Below, in pieces: positions 18,027-25,321 of a stretch of 25,321 nt of DNA. Position 1 is the first letter of the stretch. Each line of letters opens with the position of its first letter. Origin of the DNA: Thermodesulfobacteriota bacterium (GTDB taxonomy: Bacteria > Desulfobacterota > Desulfobacteria > Desulfobacterales > C00003060); NCBI GenBank assembly GCA_034189385.1, contig JAXHVD010000034.1, positions 1 to 25,321 of the forward strand. Reading direction: 5' to 3'. The notes below the pieces were generated by a model. The model saw only the letters and a list, made by a program, of their open reading frames with translations, had not been told where the DNA came from and did not search any database. The position numbers were made by a program, and so were the translations under genes.

Positions 18027-19697
18027 TTACTTCTTCCCTCTCAGATATTGGTGAATGGATTCTGCTGCCGTCTTGCCACCGGCACAGGCCCGAATCGCAA
18101 TGTTGGCACCTGTGGCAGCATCGCCTGACGCAAAGACCCCTTCCACATTGGTTTCAAAGGTCTCAGGGTTTACCTCGAAATTGAGCTTCCTGCCAAAGGT
18201 AAAGCCGTACTTTTCGTCCACCAGGGTGTTATCTGTCACCTGGCCGATGGCCCCAAAGATGGCGTCTGCATCCATGACAAACTCAGAGCCTTCAACGGGC
18301 ATAGGCTTTCGCCTGCCACTGGCATCAGGCTCCCCTAGTTCCATCTTCAGACATTGTATCCCTGCCACCTTGCCATCCTTGACAACCACTTCCTGAGGGG
18401 CGGTGAGAAAATTGAATTTGACCCCTTCGTGCTCAGCCGCATCCACTTCCCAGGGGCTTGCAGGCAATTCGTTGCGGGTCCGACGGTATAGCAGGTTCAC
18501 CTCATCAAAGCCGCAACGGAGACACGTTCTGGTCACATCCATGGCCACATTGCCCCCTCCTATCACGATTGCCTTCCCCTTGGTGATGGGAAAGTCTTGG
18601 CCCAGAGCCATATTCCTTAAAAGATGGATCCCCTCAAAGACCCCTTCCGCATCCTCGTTCTTGACCCTGATGCTTGTCCCCTTATGGGCACCAATGGCAA
18701 TGAGCACGGCGTCGTTATTTTCCTTGATCTCATCAAAGCTGATGTCTTTACCTATCCGAACACCGCACTTGATCTCCACACCGTGCTTGGTGATAAACTC
18801 AACATCCTTGGAAAGGATTTCCCAAGGAAGACGGTATTCAGGAATCCCTACGCGAAACATCCCGCCGGGCTGCTCCAACGCCTCATAGACGACGATATTC
18901 TGGTAGCCAAAGCGCGCCAAATGATAGGCACAGGTCAACCCACTGGGACCCGCGCCGATAATGGCGATCTTCTCAGAGAAGCTTTCCTCGGGTTGAAATA
19001 TCTTCGGCTCAATATTATTGTTTATTTCGTAGTCGGCCACAAAACGCTTCAAGAAGCAAATGCTGATGGGCTCATCCTTGTACTGACGGTTGCACTCGGC
19101 CTCACAAGGATGGGGGCAGATACGGCCGATGCTCAAGGGAAAGGGCAGTTTCTCTCTGATCGACGCCAACGACTCGGCATACTTGCCATCTGCAATGTAG
19201 CCCACATAGGTTCGAATCGGCAAATGGATCGGACAGGTCCGCTGACACACGGGCATGTCCTCTTTGAAGATGTTGTACTGGCCCGAAGCCGAATTAAAAA
19301 AGTCTACGGCCGTTCGCCACTCAAGCCCCTCGTTGTAGTCGTCATACATGTGAATGGGGCACACCGTGATACACTTGCCGCACTCATCGCATTTTTCAGG
19401 GTCTACCCGAGGGGTGCGGCAATGGATCTTGGCCTTAAACTGGCCGTTGTCACTTACCAGGCCCTCTAGATCGGCGTTTCTCAAGAACTCAATGTTGTCG
19501 TTGCTCTTAAAGGTTGGCAGATCCGGTGCTGTAAAGGCATCGCCATTTGAGATGATCTTGTCTTGAGGAATCCGTTCCCCTCCAAAGCCGGGAAAGTGTT
19601 CTGCCACATAGACCTTGTTGCCGGCAGCCGCCTCAGACAAGGCCGCCTGGATACCAGCCGCTCCTGCGCCTAATACTAGAACTTTCTTCTCAGCCAC
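18027..19697 (-). CDS. HdrL-like N-terminal part: HdrA-like FAD start, ferredoxin, GltD/SudA-like NAD(P)-binding oxidoreductase
   Basis: VLGAGAAG, CDECGKCITVCP, CQRTCPIH...GRICPHPCEAEC, IIGAGPSG, GIPEYRLP, VIGGGNVAMD and YRRT motifs. Start placed at GTG 19697, 8 nt after GGAGG; the ORF track uses 19706. Confidence 0.88.
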   Translation of the reverse strand: MAEKKVLVLGAGAAGIQAALSEAAAGNKVYVAEHFPGFGGERIPQDKIISNGDAFTAPDLPTFKSNDNIEFLRNADLEGLVSDNGQFKAKIHCRTPRVDPEKCDECGKCITVCPIHMYDDYNEGLEWRTAVDFFNSASGQYNIFKEDMPVCQRTCPIHLPIRTYVGYIADGKYAESLASIREKLPFPLSIGRICPHPCEAECNRQYKDEPISICFLKRFVADYEINNNIEPKIFQPEESFSEKIAIIGAGPSGLTCAYHLARFGYQNIVVYEALEQPGGMFRVGIPEYRLPWEILSKDVEFITKHGVEIKCGVRIGKDISFDEIKENNDAVLIAIGAHKGTSIRVKNEDAEGVFEGIHLLRNMALGQDFPITKGKAIVIGGGNVAMDVTRTCLRCGFDEVNLLYRRTRNELPASPWEVDAAEHEGVKFNFLTAPQEVVVKDGKVAGIQCLKMELGEPDASGRRKPMPVEGSEFVMDADAIFGAIGQVTDNTLVDEKYGFTFGRKLNFEVNPETFETNVEGVFASGDAATGANIAIRACAGGKTAAESIHQYLRGKK

Positions 19698-19699
19698 CT

Positions 19700-20494
19700 T
19701 TAGCACCTCCCTCCTTCAGCAGATTTAAACTTGTAGACCGGCGATGTCCCTTCCACGCCGTCCATCTCCACAAATCCCCTTCGTTTTAGTGCCAGCACGT
19801 ATTTCAGGGTATCGGGTGCCGGGAGCTCCAGCTCCTTGGCCAGATCCTTTACGGCAGCCGGCTTCTTCTCAAGGGCCGCCATGATCGAATAGGTGGCCAT
19901 CTCGTCTATCACCATCCCGCTCAAGGTCCGGTTGATCTCATGTTCGGTGAAGACCTCTCCGTACTTGTTGCCCCGAGCGTCATCAATGAAAACGGGTTTT
20001 TTGCCTACAACCCAGCGGAGCTTGGGGCCCGCTAGGCATTTGTAAGCAATCTCGAGCTTCTCTTTCAGTTCCGGCATACCGATTTTGTCACCTGTGCCAA
20101 GGGGACCAATCTCTTTAATCTGCTCCACGAATTCCGTGTTATGCTGGGCAAACCTTGCGCCTTCTGCGGAAGAGAGGTTCCGAAACTGCAGTCTCGTGGG
20201 ATTGAGACCTGAATAGGCAAGCACCTCTCTTGCCATGTCGAGTTTGTGCTTGGCCATGAAGTTGCCCGTAATATAGTGGCAATCGCCGAAGTAGCAGCCA
20301 ATCACCAGCACACCATCAGCCCCGTTCACAAAGGCATCCGCCACCAGGGCCGGGTCCACTCTACCTGTACACATCACCCGAATCACTCTAATATCGGGTG
20401 GATATTGCATCCTGGACACGCCAGCGAGGTCAGCAGCTGAGTAGCCTCACCATGTGCAACAGAATGTCAGAATCTTTGGATGGAAATCTGCCAT
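19700..20494 (-). CDS. mvhD: MvhD/FlxD-like [2Fe-2S] subunit with C-terminal winged-helix-like extension, selenoprotein (264 aa, Sec16, TGA 20449-20447)
   Basis: TAAGGAGGTG RBS, then MADFHPKILTFCCTW-TGA-GYSAADLAGVSRMQYPP...RVMCTGRVDP...GCYFGDCHY. The TGA is at the second Cys of the family CxWC motif. Confidence 0.93.
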
Positions 20495-20506
20495 GGGGTC
20501 ACCTCC

Positions 20507-23500
20507 TTATTTATTTAAAAAAGCATGCATTTGCGCTTCTATCTGCGTATCGTTAAAGGCGTTGATGCTGATGGCATGACGATAGCATGTGGCCGCACAG
20601 ATCCCGCACCCCTTGCACGAAGCAGAAATCAACTTCACCTTGCGACCTTCCGGAGTGTCCTCCAGGTCGAGGGCGCCGTACGGACAGAGGGCCACACAAA
20701 GCCCGCAACCCCGGCAAGCCTCCTTGTCCACAAAGGCGGCTACAATGGGCTCAATCACAACTTTATCTTGGGCCATCACCGTAACAGCGCGAGCTGCAGC
20801 CGCCTGGGCCTGTGCGATACACTCATCGATGGGTTTGGGATAGTGGGCAATACCGCAGACAAAAGCCCCGTCTGTGGAAAAGTCCACCGGTCGCAATTTC
20901 ATGTGGGCCTCCAGGAAGAACTTCTCCTGGTTCAAGGTGACCTTCAGCATGTTGGCCAGTTCTTCTGTGCCTCTTGGCTCGATACGCGTGTATAGCGTAA
21001 GGAAATCTGGATGAAGGATAATCGGCCTACCGAGAACGTGGTCCGTAACCGTCACCTGAAGCTTCCCATCCACTTCTTCGACATTTGGTTTGTTGTCTAG
21101 GTCATAGCGAATAAACAAGATCCCCATGGACCTGGCCTTCTGATACAGCTCCTCAAGTCTCCCATAGGTCCTGATATCCCGATAGAGCATATAGACATCC
21201 AGATCCGGATTGATCTCCTTCAAGTCGATCGCACTTTCAATGGCATGGGCGCAACAGACCTTGCTGCAATAAGGATGGTCGGGCTCCCTGGACCCCACGC
21301 AGTGGATGGCCACCGCACAATTGGCATTCTTAATGGAGTCTGGATCATTCTCGATTCTTTGATCAAGATCCCACCATTTACCCACACTTGGATTCTCACC
21401 GTAGAGATATTCTTTGACCTTCGCCGAATCTGCTCCCACGGAAACGATGACCGTGCCATGGTCAAATGACGCGCCGGTGGTCAGATCGGTGTGGAAGTTG
21501 CCCACAAAACCGCTCACCTGTTTCAACTCGGCCCCGGTGTGGACATCTATGTTTTCGTGATCATTGACCCGTTTGATCGTCTCATCCATAAAAGGCTTCA
21601 TGGGCTCGCCCGTAAGGGCCTTTCGCATCTTTAGACCATGTCCGCCCAACTGGTCTTTCTTTTCCACCAGATAGACCTTGAACCCTTGATCGGCAATAGT
21701 TAGCGCAGCCGTCATCCCGGCGGGTCCACCCCCGACAACCATACATGATTTGGTCAATGGGACTTGAATAGGCTCAAGGGCCACCCGATAGTTGGCCTTG
21801 GCTACACCCATGGCCACCAAATCCTTGGCCTTTTGGGTGGCCGCATCAGGGTCTGAGCTGTGTACCCAGGAGTCCTGGTCGCGGATATTGGCCATCTCAA
21901 AGAGGTGCTTGTTGATGCCGGCATTTGACATGGTTTCCTGAAAGAGGGGCTCATGGGTCCGGGGGGAGCAGGCTGCCACCACCACGCGATTCAGATTGTG
22001 TTCCTTGATCATTTCTGCGAGCTGGTCTTGGGCGTCCTGCGAGCAGCTAAAGAGATTTTCCTGCACGTAAGTCACATTGGGAAGGGTCTTGGCAAACTCA
22101 GCTACTTCATGGACGTCCACGACAGACCCAATATTGATGCCGCAGTTACAAACAAAGACCCCCATTCGCGTCTCTTCGGTTGAAACATCACGCTCAGCCG
22201 GAAATTCCTTCACCTTTTTCAACTGGCCTCGGGCCGGCGCCAGGTCGACGGACGCCGCCGCCGCCGCCGCGCTTGCTTCCATGACGGAATAAGGGATATC
22301 TTTGGGCCCCTGAAAACAGCCTGCCACATAGATGCCGGGCTTTGAGGTGGCCACTGGCGTGAAAGCGCCCGTTTTTGCAAAGTTATACTGATCCATTTCA
22401 ACGCCCAACTTGTTTGCCAAATCAATGGCTGACTTGGACGACTCCAGGCCGACAGAGAGGACCACCATATCAAAATCCTCGGTCTGGATGTTGCCCTGTT
22501 CGTCCACGTATCGGATATTGAGCGTCTTGTCCTCGTTTTCTATGACACTGTGAACCCTGCAGCGGATAAAGCGCATCCCCTGGCCTTTGGCTCGATCATA
22601 ATATTTCTCGAAATCCTTGCCATAGGTCCGCATGTCCATAAAGAAGATGGCGGCATCTAGGGGCTCATGGGAGTGCTCCATGGCAATCATGGCCTCCTTG
22701 ATGGCATACATGCAGCAGACCGAAGAGCAATAGGCGTTATCGCAGCGGTTGATGTCTCTGGAACCAACACACTGGAACCAGGCAATCTTCTTCGGCTCTT
22801 CCTTGTCCGAGGGACGCTGCAGGTGACCTTGCGTCGGACCCGTAGCTGCCAGGATCCGCTCAAAGTCCATGCTGGTTACCACGTTCTTGAAACTGGCGTA
22901 TTGATACGTGTCCCATTTGGAGGGATCAAAGGCCTGAAAGCCGGGCGCCATGATGATGCCGCCGACATTGAGATCAAAAACGGTTTCTTTTTGATCGAAG
23001 TCAATGGCGTCATTTTCACAGAACTTCTCGCAGGCCTTGCATTTGCCTTTTTTCCCAGCGTCTATGGCCTTGAAGTACAAACAGGCCTTTCTATCAATGG
23101 TATATTTCAACGGAACGGTTTGGGAGAAAGGAACATACACGGCCTTGCGTTTGTCCATGCCCATGTTGAATTCATTGGGCACCTTCTTGGGGCACTTTGA
23201 GGCACAGACACCGCATCCCACGCATTTGTCTTCATCGATATAACGCGGATGCTTGATGACCTTAACCTGAAAGTTTCCTTGTTCGCCGCTGATGCTGTCT
23301 ATCTCAGCGAGGGTGATGAGATTGATGTTCGTGTGCCGGCCGACCTCGACCAGCTTAGGTGAGATGATTCACATTGCACATTCGTTGGTAGGAAAGGTCT
23401 TGTCCAGTTGAGCCATGATCCCACCGATTCCCGGCGACCTTTCAACTAGGTGCACATAAAACCCTGAGTCAGCTAAATCCAGGGCGGCCTGCATGCCGAC

Positions 23501-23554
23501 GATGCCGCCGCCTGCAATCAATACGGATCCGACGACGTCTTTACCACTTGCCAT
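20507..23554 (-). CDS. hdrA: Large heterodisulfide reductase subunit A-like flavoprotein, selenoprotein (1015 aa, Sec62, TGA 23371-23369)
   Basis: AGGAGG RBS; GGGIVG...[27 protein letters not shown] joins in frame to ORF 20507..23221. Two HdrA modules (two CVGSR...CSxVCC), GVFVCNCG...AACSPRTHE domain, internal and C-terminal ferredoxin motifs. Confidence 0.95.
23335..23354 (-). promoter_or_regulatory. SECIS-like hairpin of hdrA
   Basis: Minus strand GCTGGTCG-AGGT-CGGCCGGC starting 14 nt after the TGA; loop GG at +24/+25. Confidence 0.8.
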
Positions 23555-23811
23555 ATCGAACCTCCTATTTCCCCGGCCCTCGGCACAGGGTAGTCATGAA
23601 AATGGTTAAAGCGACACTCTTAAGCAGTCGTGTGCCCACGGCACACAATACCCTTGCTGGATTGATAATTGGATTGGAGACATACATTGTCTTGTCCGGA
23701 TGAAAGACGTTGTTGCTTGGCTGCAAATATCACACACATTCTACTGGGAAGAATGTCATCCCTTATCTTCTTCGGCCCGATTTGTCAAGGGGTTTTTGAC
23801 CAAATTTCTAC

Positions 23812-23840
23812 TTGACATTATCGCCTTGTTGTCATATAAG
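23812..23840 (+). promoter_or_regulatory. Candidate sigma70 promoter for the cytochrome c3-rnf operon
   Basis: TTGACA (23812-23817), 17 nt, TATAAG (23835-23840). Confidence 0.6.
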
Positions 23841-24060
23841 GCCAGCGAATCTTTGCTCGTCTGCACTACTGTTTTACTCTACACGCCCCTTACGATCTTG
23901 AAAGAAGGACTGTGATGTTACCTTGCACTGGAGAGCCACAGACAGAGACCATCAGTCACGCCTCGACCATCTATACCCCTACAGCAACCCATTCTATTGA
24001 TTATTTACCTTTTAAAGACTCCAGGCCTTGCCTGGTCCGGCGAAAGGAACGTGAGATAAG

Positions 24061-24420
24061 ATGACACCAAAGGGAGAACAATCGTTGGCATTGGCCCTGG
24101 CAGCTATCCTGCTCGTCGTGGGCGTTGTCTGCTACGCGGCCTTCGAGCAGGAGACGCCTGACGAACCTGTACGGCTTATGTTCAAGACCACTGCGGGAAA
24201 GGTCTTGTTTGACCACAAGACCCACACTGTTGAATATGACGCAGGGTGCGATGATTGCCATCATGAGGAACAGGACGAGACCATGTCGTGTAGTGGTGAG
24301 GATTGCCATGGCCCGGACAGTGAGCCCAAAAGAGGCGATGCCTTGCACACCAATTGCAAAGGCTGCCACGAGGAGATGGGGGCAGGTCCGGTGGAGTGCG
24401 CGGCATGTCATGTCTTGTAG
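24061..24420 (+). CDS. Tetraheme cytochrome c3 (Rnf-associated)
   Basis: N-terminal TM/signal; GKVLFDHKTH, CDDCHH, CSGEDCH (CX4CH), ALH..CKGCH, CAACH; immediately upstream of rnfC. Confidence 0.9.
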   Translation: MTPKGEQSLALALAAILLVVGVVCYAAFEQETPDEPVRLMFKTTAGKVLFDHKTHTVEYDAGCDDCHHEEQDETMSCSGEDCHGPDSEPKRGDALHTNCKGCHEEMGAGPVECAACHVL

Positions 24421-24459
24421 CGGGTTGCTAACGATATCTTAAAGACAAAGGGTTGAGCT

Positions 24460-25321
24460 ATGATAAAGAGATCGTTTTTAGGTTTGGCCACGCCGAAGTT
24501 GCAGTACAATTCGGCCCTGGATTCGGCCCAGGATATTCCCGTGCCGAGCACGGTTACCCTGTTGTTGAAGGAGTCTGAAGGCGGCGGTGGTGCCGGTGGG
24601 CTTAAAGTCGGCGATGGAGTAAAAACGGGGCAGCGCCTTGCCGCATCACCGGAGAGTGCGGAATACGTGATTTCTTCGGTGACGGGAAGCATCTCGTCCT
24701 TGGCACCCCATGTGGATGCCTTCGGTCACAGGTTCACAGCCATCACGATCAAGGCCGTCGGCCAAGACGACTGGGACGGGGAGTTCGGCAAGGAGGCCAC
24801 GCTTGACGCGGCCGTGAAGTTTTTTGAGTCCGCTCCAGGCAACCCTTCTTTCAAGGCCTTTGCCGATCCGGAAAAGACCATAACCACCATCATTATCAAC
24901 GGAATGGATCAGGACCTGCTCGTCACGGCCAACCAGTCGGTGGTCCAGAACAATGGTGCTGATATAAAGGAAGGTGTGGATGCCCTTAAGAAGATCACTG
25001 GCGTGGACCGGATCATGATCACAGTGCCTGAAGGGCTGGTTCAGCAAGCCAGTGCCACAGGGGCGGAAGTGAAGACGGTGAGTGCCACATACCCTGCCGG
25101 CCTTCCTCACATGATCATGAAGGACGTGGTCGGCCAGGTAGTTGAAGCGGGCGATACGCTGGCAGATGCTGGGGTGGTCTTCATCAGCGCTGAGGCAGCG
25201 GCAGCCATAGGGTCAGCCTTTAGTACGGGCCGCCTTCCTGTGACGAAAGTGGTGACAGTGGTGGGAAAGGATGGAAAGACCACCAATGTGAAGGCACGGA
25301 TCGGGACGCCCATAGGGGATC
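24460..25321 (+). CDS. rnfC: RnfC-like electron transport complex subunit (runs off the window; absent from the ORF track)
   Basis: Open frame from ATG 24460: MIKRSFLGLATPKLQY...LKVGDGVKTGQRLA...ISSVTGSIS (RnfC N-terminal barrel-sandwich)...TIIING...YPAG...GRLPVTKVVTVVG...NVKARIGTPIGD (SLBB). Confidence 0.85.
   Translation, partial: MIKRSFLGLATPKLQYNSALDSAQDIPVPSTVTLLLKESEGGGGAGGLKVGDGVKTGQRLAASPESAEYVISSVTGSISSLAPHVDAFGHRFTAITIKAVGQDDWDGEFGKEATLDAAVKFFESAPGNPSFKAFADPEKTITTIIINGMDQDLLVTANQSVVQNNGADIKEGVDALKKITGVDRIMITVPEGLVQQASATGAEVKTVSATYPAGLPHMIMKDVVGQVVEAGDTLADAGVVFISAEAAAAIGSAFSTGRLPVTKVVTVVGKDGKTTNVKARIGTPIGD

Noticed and set aside
7592..23371. Treating the five TGA-interrupted genes as pseudogenes, or as evidence for genetic code 4/25
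   Set aside because: Each has one TGA at a Cys/Sec motif position followed by a hairpin. TGA is still a true stop elsewhere (2529, 7709, 13245, and the ATGA overlaps at 13872 and 14282), and Trp is encoded by TGG.
1..25321. CRISPR array, transposase, integrase or prophage
   Set aside because: No regularly spaced repeats, recombinase/transposase motifs or att-like duplication of tRNA ends were seen.

Overview
Chromosomal segment from an anaerobic Desulfobacterota-like (deltaproteobacterial) organism; the taxon is inferred from gene content. Left to right: the 5' end of tuf with its upstream tRNA cluster (Thr-TGT, Tyr-GTA, Gly-TCC, Thr-GGT, all minus strand), an acyl-CoA dehydrogenase, a LolA-like exported protein, a SidJ-related pseudokinase flanked by two small ORFs, a YeeE/YedE transporter, a rearranged Ext/Cbc6-type multiheme cytochrome-Rieske-cytochrome b cluster (extKL divergent from extJ-M-N-O-P-Q-S; no extH/extI in the window), a C-GCAxxG-C-C protein, a minus-strand heterodisulfide-reductase-like operon (large HdrA, MvhD with a C-terminal extension, a split and degenerate HdrL-like pair, HdrD-like CCG protein) and, divergently, a tetraheme cytochrome c3 plus the start of an atypical rnfC. 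The main signal, hidden by the ORF track, is five genes within about 17 kb (yeeE, extKL, hdrD-like, mvhD, hdrA) that each carry an in-frame TGA at a redox Cys/Sec-type position and continue in frame. Each TGA is followed by a hairpin (three strong, two weak) with a GG at +22 to +26. This reads as a dense selenoprotein cluster with a shared SECIS architecture. Family assignments come from motif recognition, not database searches.
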